Positions 49,601-60,692 of a stretch of DNA of 64,000 nt are shown piece after piece. Both the position numbers and the translations under genes were made by a program. Source of the DNA: Paraspadella gotoi (taxonomy: Eukaryota > Animalia > Chaetognatha); assembly GCA_051294375.1 (NCBI GenBank), contig CM119265.1:13012124-13076123 (forward strand), in the 5' to 3' direction. The number at the start of each line of letters is the position of its first letter. Position 1 is the stretch's first letter. Below the pieces are notes generated by a model. That model was not told where the DNA came from. It saw only the letters and a program-made list of their open reading frames with translations, and ran no database searches.

Positions 49601-52080
49601 ATCTTAATAGCATAAGGATCGTCGCAATCGCATAAGAAAAATCTGGATTGACGATAAATTTTGATACTAAAAAAATCAAATTTGAGAAAAATGAAGAAAA
49701 TTTAAAAAAAAAATAATAATAATAAATAAAAAAAATAAAATAAAGTATAATAAATATAAAACAATAAAATAACTTATTTTCGAGTTTAATTTTTAACAAG
49801 TGCTAAGTCTGGAGAACCATTATTGAAGGTACTTTTGTTTTACTTTTAGCGAGCAGTTTGATCGAATGCGACCTCTCTAAACACTGTCAACATTCCCAGA
49901 CAAAGGACAAAGTGAAACTTGAATCAGACTGACGAAGTGAAGTAAAGACTAAAGTGAAGTAAAATGAAATAAAGTAAAATAAAATAATAAAGTAAATATA
50001 TATTAAAAAAAAATATTATTCTGATTGATATTTAAAATATTTAGAAAAAAAAATCCACAAAAATCTCGGATGTATTTTGGGAATAAATGTTTTATCTAAT
50101 AATTCAATTCGGGAAGGGGAAGTTAGTGTTGTCTTCTGGAAATAGAGGGAGCATCTATACAACACAAGGTTAGATTACAATCTGTCCTAGTAATTGATGA
50201 TTGATGTAATTGTAATTGATGTGATGATAATCAATGATTATTAATCATTCATTGATGCGATGATAGTCATTCATTTAACTTCAAACGCTGATGTTTATGA
50301 AGCTGAAAATTAAGATAAACTATTATTTTTGTGGTAATAAATACGTTATTAAATACGTTTTTGTGAAAGAAACGTCTTCAACTGTTAAAACCAAAAATAA
50401 TTAAAAAATTCGGGGGGCCCATATCTCGCCTCGGGTCAAATATTGAAATTCGCCTCGATAGTTTTATTTCTATTCACATATGGATCGTTCATACCAAATT
50501 TCAATGAATTTGGTCCAGAAGTTTCCTCGGAACGTGTTCTGGTCACGAAAAACGGGTAGGGAAGACGGGGCAAGACGGGAACATGGGGTAAGATGGGGTT
50601 TGCTAATTTTAGCAACATAAAGTATATTCAATCCGTTTTTCTTTTCTAAATAGAAGCAACTACTCATCTTAGGATGACTCAAGAACTTTCCAACCGATTC
50701 CTTTACATTTTCAAAAATTATGCTAAAATATGTATCTACGTTATGAACGTAGTTTTCACTTTCAACATTTATTGTGCAAAATTTTACAAATTTAAATTTC
50801 AGTTTTTCGTATTTGGGGTAAGAAGAAGAAAATTTTCTTGGGCAAGATGGGGATGCACAAATCATTTTATCTTTTGGATTGATGTAGCTAGGTAGTTAGA
50901 AGGCCGAGAAACTACATTAGAAAACTAGTAGATGTCGTTGGAATGAAAAATCCATGGAAAAGGCGTGATGGAGAAATGGGCGCTCCAAAGCTTCCAGGGA
51001 ATTCAACATTCGATTTAAGACAAATCAGACAAATCAGACCCAATTAAATTTGTAAAGCAATCAACTAAAAACAATTATATAACATGTAAAAATTAACATT
51101 TAATCAATGCTGCTAGCTGGATAATGCGAAACACGTAAGACTTGACCCAAAAGCTACAGATTTAACACACTGGACGGGCTATGAGCTACAAATTCTCAAG
51201 AGCCATCGATGTTAAAGGATTTGATATCCTTGTGTTAGTTTTCGTGTTTGGTTTCTTTTTGCCAATGAATGGCAGTTACTTTGTTTCATGTTATGCTATG
51301 TCCGAATGCGACATTATTTTGTCCATATTAACAAATTATCAAAATGTTCTGATTTTCTATGGCAAAGTTGCATTTTTGTTGGTGCTGTATTGTTTTTGTT
51401 TGAAATCGCATTTTTTAAAAACAGTTTCAGCTCCCCATCTTGCCCTGCCCTTCTCCCCATCTAAACCCCATCTATAGGGAGTTTGACCAGTTTTTTAAAA
51501 AAATTCCAAACTTTATATGGTTAACTTTATATGGTTCACAATTATTGAAACTCACAAGGCATAAAAAATGGTAATGGTGTTTTCATCTGTAGTTCAATGT
51601 AGGATGGAATAATAAACTGTTTCAAACATTGCATTCAGAAAAAAGATTGGATAACGGATATCCGATACAGGGGGCATCAAAGATGATCCTGTGAGTGACT
51701 TGCAAGAATCATATCTAAAACAACAAACCTGTGTGTTTAATGCATTTGTAAAGAATATCCGACGACCCGGCTAGAAGAGATTCAGGATCATAGAGATAGA
51801 TGGATCCTTGTTCGCCTCCGGCGACCAAGGTACCCAATTGGCCTTTTCCGTGATTGCCCCAAACTAGTTTGTGAAAGCGCTGGTCAGAGGGTGATGTAGT
51901 TTGTCGAGGCATATCTAGGTCAGATTCCCCTAAGTCGAGTCGATATATTTCAATAGCGGCCGTCGTGTTGAAGGTGGCATCTAGCTGTTGGGCCGCTGTT
52001 CCCACCGCCAGCCGAATAGGATGGTGATCGGAGGGCGACCAAGCCACATTCCCAGTCCGCAAAATTTCTTTGACTTTCAT
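32325..52080 (-). CDS. SEC31: COPII coat protein Sec31 (multi-exon; introns up to ~8 kb)
   Basis: [59 protein letters not shown], proline-rich linker, C-terminal [20 protein letters not shown]. Confidence 0.97.
34529..34755 (-). mobile_element. Structured solo-LTR-like element, family A1
   Basis: TATGGCAAC...GCGAATTTAGAATTCGCCACA on +, flanks ATTT/ATAT; homologous to 5427-5683. Confidence 0.65.
37634..37891 (+). mobile_element. Structured solo-LTR-like element, family B
   Basis: TATAGT...CACTTCA, flanks GGCC/GGCT, AATAAA at 37829; blocks shared with 25774-26071. Confidence 0.65.
37928..39055. mobile_element. Tc1/mariner-type MITE
   Basis: TA-CAGGGTTGGGACCTTATATCGAGACAAA ... TTTGTCTCGATGTATGGTCCCAACCCTG-TA. 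Confidence 0.8.
40321..40365 (-). ncRNA. Minimal type I hammerhead ribozyme
   Basis: Minus strand GACG-CUGAUGA-A-GGCUU...AAGUC-GAAACAUGUA-CUUC. Confidence 0.6.
40440..40771. mobile_element. Structured LTR-like element distantly related to family B
   Basis: GC-rich, multiple hairpins; AAGGAAG..TCCAACACATAC shared (inverted) with 25792-25815; ends CTACA, flanks AGTT/AATT. Confidence 0.45.
41057..41087. mobile_element. 31-bp palindromic mini-element made of two family A ends
   Basis: ATAT-TGTGGCGGTATAT ACGGA ATATACCGCCACA-ATAT. Confidence 0.6.
41578..41618 (-). ncRNA. Minimal type I hammerhead ribozyme, best-preserved copy
   Basis: Minus strand GCG-CUGAUGA-A-GGCUC guauugu GAGCC-GAAA-CAUGUC-UGC: intact core, perfect 5-bp stem II, GUC triplet; same sense as SEC31 pre-mRNA. 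Confidence 0.75.
42173..42812 (-). mobile_element. Miniature LTR retroelement (TRIM-like): LTR 42812-42662 (internally deleted), tRNA-Trp PBS 42659-42627, non-coding internal region, LTR 42427-42173
   Basis: Direct terminal repeats differing by 2 substitutions and one ~104 bp deletion; 2-nt spacer then TGGTGAGCCC; flanks ACAT/CCAT; empty site GAGACATCTTTT seen at ~19555 and ~40993. Confidence 0.75.
46149..46371 (+). mobile_element. Solo LTR of family A2
   Basis: TGTGGCGG...TTGCTATA with perfect TSD ATAC; colinear homology to the LTRs at 42173-42427. Confidence 0.75.
47401..49220. repeat. ~0.9 kb tandem duplication containing a 22-bp minisatellite (ATGTAATAGTAATTGATGATTT)n and part of SEC31 exon 2
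   Basis: 47401-48304 repeated at 48307-49220; first copy is indel-rich. Confidence 0.85.
50554..51460. mobile_element. MITE (pogo/Tigger-like ends)
   Basis: GGGAAGACGGGGCAAGACGGG / CCCATCTTGCCCTGCCCTTCTCCCC imperfect TIRs. Confidence 0.5.
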
Positions 52081-52101
52081 ATTTATAGCGATAATTCAAA
52101 T

Positions 52102-52125
52102 CTGGAAATACAAAAGTCAGAACGC
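52102..52125 (-). promoter_or_regulatory. Unpaired 3' splice acceptor (candidate SL trans-splice site) between RRP8 and SEC31
   Basis: Minus strand TTCTGAC-TTTTGTATTTCCAG 21 nt before the SEC31 ATG, inside a 54-nt intergenic gap. Confidence 0.55.
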
Positions 52126-52134
52126 ATACAACAA

Positions 52135-53659
52135 TCATCTTTTTTTGTAGAAACACGGTTCCAAACTAAGGGGAAAAGAGTCGGAGACCAGAGTCTTTCC
52201 GGTTTTTTTAAAATCAAGCAAGAAAAATACTTTGTAGTCTAAATTTTTTTTTATCAGCTTGAAACCGCACTTTTGCACGTCTCTCAGAAATTGCTTCAAA
52301 TTTTTGCATCTACTTTCCACTTCGGCTATTTTTAAGATACCGCCTTTCTTGAGCACGCGATTCGCCTCTCGTATGAAGTCCACCAGGTTTGTACCCATCA
52401 AGGAAAGGCAAAAAACCGCTACGTCGACAGATGAGTCTTTAAGAGGGCAGCACCCCATGTCACAAGCCGTAACCATTTCGTTCGCAGCGACCAGATCGAA
52501 GGAATCGACGTTATGGACGCCATCTTCCGACAAGTCGAGAGCAAGCTTCGCTTCGCCGCAACCGAAATCAGCAATGTGTTTTGGAACATTGATGGATTTG
52601 AGATCGGATATGATCACATTGAGGGGATTTACGGGCCACTTGGCAACCTTAAATTAAGAATTTCAAATTTAAAACAATTATTTAAAAAAAAAGTGTTTTA
52701 TATTATATTAAAAACTATTTTATATTTTTTATATCAACCTGGGCAGAATATCCGCGATGATAATTATGAAAAGCGTCGCGATCACTATCAAAAATTTTCT
52801 TGGCCTCTGTACTAGACATCGTGTATAGCTTTTCGTTGATAAATCTGAATTTTGCCGACTCGAGTTTACCCACGAGCTTGGCTTTTAACTTTTCAGATTT
52901 CGTTTCACCGGGTTGTTTCACGTCGTGAACTTTTTCCTCGAGTTTATTACCTTTGCCTATGGCGCGAATTTGGGAAATTCTTTTAACCAAACTTTGTAAT
53001 TCTTCATGTTTATTCACATCGGTCCTCACTGTTTCATCATTCTCTTTCGCAAAAGAAACTTCCCTATTTGTTGGTGATAGATCTAATTTTTGTTTTGCTT
53101 TTTTCTTCATTTTGGATCGTTTCCTCAATTCCGCGATTTTTTCTTTGATTTTCTTGGCCTTTACAGAAGGTTGGTCAGGGGTGGACGGGATGCAACTAAG
53201 CAAATCGAAATCTGGGGCGGAGGAAACAGATGAAACTTTGCACGTTATAATTTTTTTTGGAGCGGATTCGCTCTCATTATCTGAAGAGCTGGTAAATTTC
53301 CTTTTTACATTATGATTATATTTATCCTTCTCTGCCTCTTTTGTTTCGCATTGCTTTCGTTCTCTTGCAACTTTGCGCATTTCTTGGCGCCTTAATTTGT
53401 TTTTTGCTTTTTTTTGTAATATCCTTTGTTGTTCCTCGGGCGGAAGATCGGAAAGAGGAATAATGTTTTTTGATACGTCTTTTTTTGCCTTGAATTTTTT
53501 ATCTGTTTTTGAAGATGTTTTTAATGGAATTTCATGCTCTCCTGTCGAATCTTTTAACAAATTTTTGTTGACTTTCTTTTTTTTTCTTTTACTTTGCAAT
53601 CTTTTAAATCTCCTCTCTTTAGCCAAAGGCGTTAATGATTTTTTATATTTCTTTAACAT
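52135..53659 (-). CDS. RRP8: Ribosomal RNA-processing protein 8 / nucleomethylin (SAM methyltransferase); exons 53659-52739, 52647-52135
   Basis: Lys-rich N-terminus, LESAKFRFINEKLYT, YHRGYSAQV.KWP.NPL, IADFGCGEAKLA, VAVFCLSLMGTN, LKIAEVESR, PCFYKKR. Confidence 0.93.
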
Positions 53660-55749
53660 TTTTTTACCCTGAAAGTAAATTTTAAAAACAGAACCAATTA
53701 CTAATAACGAGCCGGCCTGAATCCATTACCATAAAAAATATACAAAAAGAATGTATGGAGATCTACAGTATAATTCTACAAGTATAATTTATTAGCCCTG
53801 TTAGGTTCGGAAACATTTTTAATTTAAGGTCTATAAAGAGGCGCAAAAGATTTTAATATAAAAAGGGCCGTATCGAATAATAAGTGGTCGTCAGGACTTT
53901 ACAAATACGTATGAAATGTTGCCAGGTTTAAATAAGTCAAAAATCCAAGAAAGCATTCTCTTCTGTCATCGTTAGAAGTTACATAAAATTAAGGCGGTTG
54001 ACTGTGTAACATCATACCTTTAACTAAGCATAAAATTCTGAAAAGAACTAATAAATATTAAACTGCCAGACTTCATTAAATAAAAATCATAAGCATAATA
54101 CGATCAACAGATAATAACTCAAAAAATATCGAGGTCTTAATTAGCCTTATGTTCCAAGTTTTTTCTTTCCTATACCTAGTATACTAAGAGCAAGTCTATT
54201 GTGGGTCGACCGGCAACAAATTCTAATCATAAACATGATCTTGATTTTATAAAAGTGGGTTTATCTGTTAAAAAGCAACGGTATGTCGCAACTTTTTTCA
54301 TTAATCCATATTATCCATATTCGGTTTTGTTTTTTCATACTAAATTTTACAAATATCTTATTTTTTCCCAAAGAGGAACAATCAAAATGACAATCCAAAA
54401 AGTCCTGATTTTGCACCCCTTGGATTTTTAGTTCACAATATATTTTGCATTGATTTTTACTAATGTTTATACAAATAAAAATGGAATTCATCTTTTATTT
54501 CGGATAGTAGTTAGACCATAAAGGTCTAACTCATTCACAGTTGGTCATCTTCAAGAAGACAAAACTTGGAAGTAAAGTTAAAAAAGATTTACATCAATGA
54601 GTGAATAAATAAAACAAATGCAAAAATGCAGTTGATTGTGATATTCGATAATAAAGGAATTCAAAATAATTTCTACTTCTAAAGCTGTATAACGTAACAG
54701 CACAAATAATTTTTGTTCAAATTCACCTACTGTTGAAGAGTAATTTTGATTATGTTACTGGTTCAATATCGTGTAATGTGACTTCAAAACTAGTCAACAT
54801 AAATAATAAATGTTTTGATTACGAGAAATGCGGGTCAACTTTTTGAAACTTTTTTTGTCCTGCTTGGGCAATTTTCGATTTTTCGTTTCGTCAGTCCTCG
54901 TTTTGTTTTTTTAAATTTTAATATCACAAATACAATGTATGTATAAAATTTATCTATGAGCATAGTATAAATTTAAGAGTCATAACCTTCCAAAAACTTT
55001 TTCTTCGCGTCTTAGGATCCGACGGTTCGTCCTCTAGAAATTTTTTAAAGGCTCGCTACAGTTGAGACTTGATCCGAGTTTTAAGTACTAGAATACATAA
55101 AAATTTAATTTTTTTCCCCTTTTATCTGATCAGTTCTCTATTGAATTTAAAACAAAATAATTTTTTTTCTCGAATCTTTCGGATTAATTCCTTAGTTTTA
55201 TAATTTTTTTAATACAAAAAAGGGCAAAGTCGAATAATGCCTACAAGCGTTTTCATATATAGTTTCATATAAAAGTAAAATAAATTTTATTAGTAAATAT
55301 CAAAATTACTCTCGCAAAATTTGGTATCCTAATAAATTACATTTAAAATTTAAATTTTTTCTTGCATTTTTCATAAATAAATTAAAAATAATATGTGCTA
55401 ACTTACAAAAATATTTAAAAATTTGGTATCCTAACAAATTGTTAGAAACCAAATGAAAAAAGCTTTTGAGCTAAAAAGGAAAAAGAATTTTAAAGCAATA
55501 AGCGAATAACATCTCCTTTCTGTTAAGTAAAAATACAGAAATGATTTTCCTTTAATGCTCAATGTTTTCACTCATGTGTTACAGAGATGATACTATTTAT
55601 ATATATATATTAATATATAAAATAAAACTATTATGTATAGACTTTCGAATTCGTTGTCAAAACAAATAAAAATTGTTTTTCTCCTAAAAATAAAACTAAT
55701 AATTAAATTTAGGATTTATAGAAATTATTTCAAAATTTACTTCATTATT

Positions 55750-57570
55750 AAACAAGTTTGAGCAAACAATGTCGGATTTGCATACGATAATTAATTAATT
55801 ATTAATCGATTAATTAATTAATTAATTTTAATATGTAATAATTAATTTTAAATTTATATTCAACTTATCATCATCGATGTCCTTAAAATTGGGTTAGGAC
55901 AGTTATTAAATATGTTTTGTTATCATTTTATCAAAACAAACAAATATCCTTTATTTTATTTTATGTCTCTTTGTCTCTCTCTCTTTTTATGCAATTGCGA
56001 CGATCTTTATGCTTTTTAAGATTTTTTTAACTTTATTATTAATTAATTAAAACATTTATTAGTAATCATTAATAAAGTAAATTTGACTTATGTTTTTTTC
56101 CATCTAAACTCATTTCCACTGGCTCAATTCCGTCAAAACTTATATAATTATTATATATTATAAATATTTAAAAGCTTCAGTGCAACAACCAATGAACTAA
56201 ATCAAAAGTTACATTGAAAATCGATTTAGTAGTAAAAGGAAAAAAAATTTTTAAAGAGAACTAGAAGTTATAATTTTTTAAGGTTTTTTCTATTTTTAAC
56301 CAATTTATTGTCAAAATTTGAAAAACATTATAGTACTCATTTCATTAACTTTTAAGCTCTACAAGAACCCTTCTTAAAAAAATCAAATTTTTAAAATTTT
56401 TTTTTGTCATTTGTTATATATTAATAAATATTTAAAAGCTTCAGTGCAACAACCCAATGAACTAATTCAAAAAGTTACATTGAAATCGATTTAGTAGTAG
56501 AAAGAAAAAGAAATTTTTTTGAGAGAACTAGAAGTTATAAAAAGTGTTCAATTATGGCCCGCCTTACTAGATATTTGCATGTGATTAAACAATGTTATCG
56601 GAATAATAATTTCATCAATTTTATGTATTTTGTAAGTATTTTAATTATTTTTATTCAAAATTCCAGGTCAATCGATAATTAAGTGGTAATAAGCTAACTT
56701 GTTCAACTTGCATAATTTAATCAACTTGCATAATTTGGTCAACAGAACATAATTTGGTCTACACATGATCATTAATTTGGTCAACATGGCATATTTTTTG
56801 TCAATTGGCATAATTTGGTAAATCAATCAATCAATCAATCAGAGAGAGATAGAGAGTGAGAAACTTAAAAAAATTCAAATAAATGTTCTTTAGGTTTTCT
56901 AATTTGAACTCTTTCCACTCCAACGATTCCATCAAAAAATTTATATCCAGCTTTATCACATACTTTCCTACCACACACCAAAATTCCATTTCGATTTATC
57001 TATCCAATTTTTAATAAACATAATAATTATGAGTAAATTTAAGTAAAAATACTTCAAGTAAATATGACTTTTGTTTTTTCCATTTTAACTCATTTCCACT
57101 CGCACGATTCCATCGAAACTTTATATCCAGCTCAATCACACACTCCCTACCATCATACAAAATTTCAAGTCAATTGCCCTTCCACTCATGAGCAATTGGC
57201 GTTCAAATAGTGAAATATATTTTTTTTTTTTCCATTTAAACCAATTTCCACTCGCACGATTCCCTCGAAACTTCATATCCATCTCAATCACACAGTTTCC
57301 TACCCACACACAAAATTTCATACCATCCATCCATCCAATCACGAGTAATTGGAGTTTTTTGCTAAGGTGGGACGGACGGAAGGACGGACAGACAGACACA
57401 GAGACAGACAGACAGACGGACGGACATCTTTTTTTGCATAATTTATCATAATTCGATGTTCTGACATGACATAAGTGTGTGCCCGACAATATTGAGGAGG
57501 CGGACCGACGGACCGACAAAGTGAGTTATAGAGTCGGGATCTGCTGATAAGCAGATCCGACTAAAAAAAA
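55750..57570 (+). mobile_element. Helentron-associated/DINE-1-like non-autonomous element
   Basis: Homologous to 1795-3288 including both ends and the 3' palindrome. Confidence 0.7.
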
Positions 57571-57789
57571 AGTAAAACAAATGCTTTCGCAACTTTCATA
57601 AGGAAAAGAAAAGCAGTAGAAAAATGTCAAAGTCCTCCTCCCTTTTTAAAAAGAACTTATAACCTGGATTCATTTTAGGCGTCAGAGTGAGAAAAAATTA
57701 TGTAAAACTACATAAACGGTTAATTTTGTAGTGTGCATAAAAATATTAAAATAACCCAACTATGGTAAACTGGAAAACAATAAAAAAAA

Positions 57790-59379
57790 TCAATAAGGTA
57801 GGGAATCGATCCTAGCGTAGGATCCAGTTTCGTTCATATCGGCATTTCTTCTACTCGAGTTGTCAATATCCAATCGGCTGTAAGACTGCCTGAAGCAGAA
57901 AAGCAACGGAATTCCGATAGCGGTGACACCCAGTATTGCCCAGTTGCTCCACGCGACACCGATGCCTTTAATACCCATGATGAGGAGATAAGCAGCGCCG
58001 CAGACGTTATTTATTAGCGTCAGCATGCAGGAGGCAATCGAGTCTGAGATTGGGTACACAGTTTCGATTGTTGCCTCATAGTACAACGGAATAGTCGAAG
58101 TTTGGCAAACGGCATAGGCGATGAAAGCAATGTATAAGTGGGTTGTTTTCATTGGCAAAACTTCATTATACATAAGGCATATCCATGAAAATAACCCCGT
58201 CATAAAGATCGTCAACGTGAGGAGAAAAAGCTTGAAATGTCCCGCAAAACGGTCGGCTGTGAAGGCCATAATGAAGGAAGCTAAAATACCGGCAGTGCTG
58301 TAGTAAAGGCCTAAATGACCAGCGTCGTCTTGAGTGACCCCGAACTTGTGGAAAATAGAGTTGAGCTGAGTTCCATAGGTGGAGAAACAACCAGCGCAGA
58401 GGCCGTAGGGAAGCGCCACCAACCAAAAATTGGGGATCTTAATAATATTTAAAAGCCCTGCAAGAAGGCTTCCTTTCGGTTGGGAGGCCGAGAGCGACGG
58501 GGGTAACCTCGGCCTGTTAGGAAAGTAGACACAGGCGGCAACAGTGAGCGTCGTGATCAGCGCCCACTCGAACCACATCAAGTTAAATATATCTTCACGA
58601 AATGGTTGTAGACTAGTCGCATTGGTAAGGTTTTGAAAAGCAAAAGAATCCACCGTCACGTTGGCCATCGTCGGTACTTCTCGGACAAAGAGCGGCCCGA
58701 CGAAGAAGGACAACGCGATTCCAAGAAGATTGAGCAACGCTCCGATCGCCGTCGCGGTCGTTCTCTGCTTTGGCGGGAACCAGGTGGCCGAGAAGATCGG
58801 GGGAACCGCCATTGACACGGGACCGCCTAGTCCCGCCAGAAATTGACCAACGTGCATAGTGTAGCGGACGTAGTCGCGTTGGACTGGAAGAAGGCGCACT
58901 GTCGTTCCGAAGAAAGTGCCAAACAGCGCCAAAAGCAAAGACGCGCGTAAGCCCCACTTCTCTATGACGTAGTTGAAGGGAAAGAGAGCGATAAAGAAAG
59001 AAATGCAGCCCCAATTAGCGATTAGGGCAATGTCGGTATTGTCCCAGCCGAAGACGATTTCGCAAGTTTCCGAAATCGGACCGAATGTATTCCATATAAG
59101 TCCTTGGACAAAACCGTTCATGGACAGAAGAAAGAGGAGATACCACCGAATACTGTAGACGCCGGTGACGGGCGGATTGTTGACAGGGGATGCGCCGTTG
59201 TCAACTTCATCGTCGATGGGTAATCCAGGCCAACCGAGAACGACCACATTCGGTTCTGAATTGTTCGTCGAGGCGTCTTCGCGGATGCCGTAACTTGAAA
59301 GGACAGGCGTTGTTTGAGAACGGCCCCGCCTGTCTGAGGGATTCGGGCCTAATAATGGCGCTGATTCCGAGGATGACAT
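57790..59379 (-). CDS. SLC49A4: MFS transporter of the SLC49 (DIRC2/FLVCR) family, intronless, 529 aa
   Basis: VYSIRWYLL, QGLIWNTFGPI, SATWFPPKQRTTATAI, YFPNRPRLPPSLSA, E..YPI.; ~12 hydrophobic segments; N-terminal ESAPLL dileucine lysosomal signal. Confidence 0.85.
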   Translation of the reverse strand: MSSSESAPLLGPNPSDRRGRSQTTPVLSSYGIREDASTNNSEPNVVVLGWPGLPIDDEVDNGASPVNNPPVTGVYSIRWYLLFLLSMNGFVQGLIWNTFGPISETCEIVFGWDNTDIALIANWGCISFFIALFPFNYVIEKWGLRASLLLALFGTFFGTTVRLLPVQRDYVRYTMHVGQFLAGLGGPVSMAVPPIFSATWFPPKQRTTATAIGALLNLLGIALSFFVGPLFVREVPTMANVTVDSFAFQNLTNATSLQPFREDIFNLMWFEWALITTLTVAACVYFPNRPRLPPSLSASQPKGSLLAGLLNIIKIPNFWLVALPYGLCAGCFSTYGTQLNSIFHKFGVTQDDAGHLGLYYSTAGILASFIMAFTADRFAGHFKLFLLTLTIFMTGLFSWICLMYNEVLPMKTTHLYIAFIAYAVCQTSTIPLYYEATIETVYPISDSIASCMLTLINNVCGAAYLLIMGIKGIGVAWSNWAILGVTAIGIPLLFCFRQSYSRLDIDNSSRRNADMNETGSYARIDSLPY

Positions 59380-60606
59380 TTAGTTTGAAGCTTTATAAAT
59401 AATTGAGAAATTATTCTTATTAACTTCAGGAATCAATTTTTTAGATCATTTTTGGTTAAGCCGACCGTTTAATCGGTTAACGATCAGGGATTCAATGACG
59501 AATCAACTTCAAGTGAACTTCGGAATTTGGTTTCGAAGACTTGTCCGTTTTTGATCGTGTTTCGATTGTGTCTTTTAATTTTTTTTTAAATTATGTAATG
59601 ATTTTTTTTTTCAACTAGAAAATAATAATATTTTTGATAAAGACATTACAAGAACCAAAAAAAATTTAGGAAGTAAAAATTTCACGAAAGTAACACAAAA
59701 ATAAACGGATAATGCATACCTAAATTGCCTTGCGTAATGTGAACCCTATAATTTGTAAAGTATATTTTGTGAAAAAAAAGAAACTGCCTGCCACTAAATA
59801 AAATAAAAATCAAATTGCAGACGGAATGGACATTAACGACCACGGTTCTCCACCACCATGTCATTGACAATACCTTTGACGTCCTCAGTCTATAATACTA
59901 TTTCAGATGGGAACAAAAAGTCACGAAAATAAGCCGACAAGGAAATAAAATGAAAGAACCCCCTCCTCGACCTAGCGGAGAGGGAGAAGACGTCGGAAGA
60001 AAAACTACTGAAAAACTAGTGAAGACCGGGATCGAAGGCGCCGTAATTTACTTAATGGCGTAAAGTTTATAATTGTTTCTTATCCACTCTTTCGCGATCT
60101 CTTTCGGGACTCTTCTCCAAAATAAGACGGTTTATTCGTGGACGCTGCCGTGGACTTTCTTGTACCATTCTGTGCACATTTCGTGGATTTGATTATTTAC
60201 TTGTTTTATTATTATTGTAAAGTCCAGACGAATATCTACAACTCAGATGCTCTTTCATATAGGAGATATCGACATTCGTCTCTTTCTCTCTTTTGCGGTC
60301 ATTCCATATTTTGCTCTGAAACGGGACTCTTCTCTAAAATAATAAACGTTTGTGGACGCTTAATGGACGCTTAGTGGATTCTTTGTGGATTTGCTTACTA
60401 TTGCTTCTTTGATTAATTAGTATTATTATTATTGTCTGTATGAATATCTATATGCTTTGATTATTTTATTAAGGTACCATTAAATATCAAGACTCCAAGT
60501 GGATAAGAAACTTATCAACTTTACGTCTCCTGCGGTCCCGGTCTTCAGCACGATTTCTCTCCCGACGTCTTCTCCTTCTCCGCTAAGGTCGAGGAGGGGG
60601 TTCTTT

Positions 60607-60692
60607 ACACCGAATACGGTCGTGTCGGCCCCCCTTGACCCCATGGTCGTCGCGACAGTGCAGGGCGTGGTCCCTCAGGTCGTCCACATACG
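60607..60692 (-). pseudogene. Possible relic of the zinc-knuckle region of an RLE-type non-LTR retrotransposon
   Basis: Minus-strand frame reads YVDDLRDHALHCRDDHGVKGGRHDRIR, like the H-x3-C...RHD motif preceding RLE domains; in-frame stops nearby. Confidence 0.35.
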
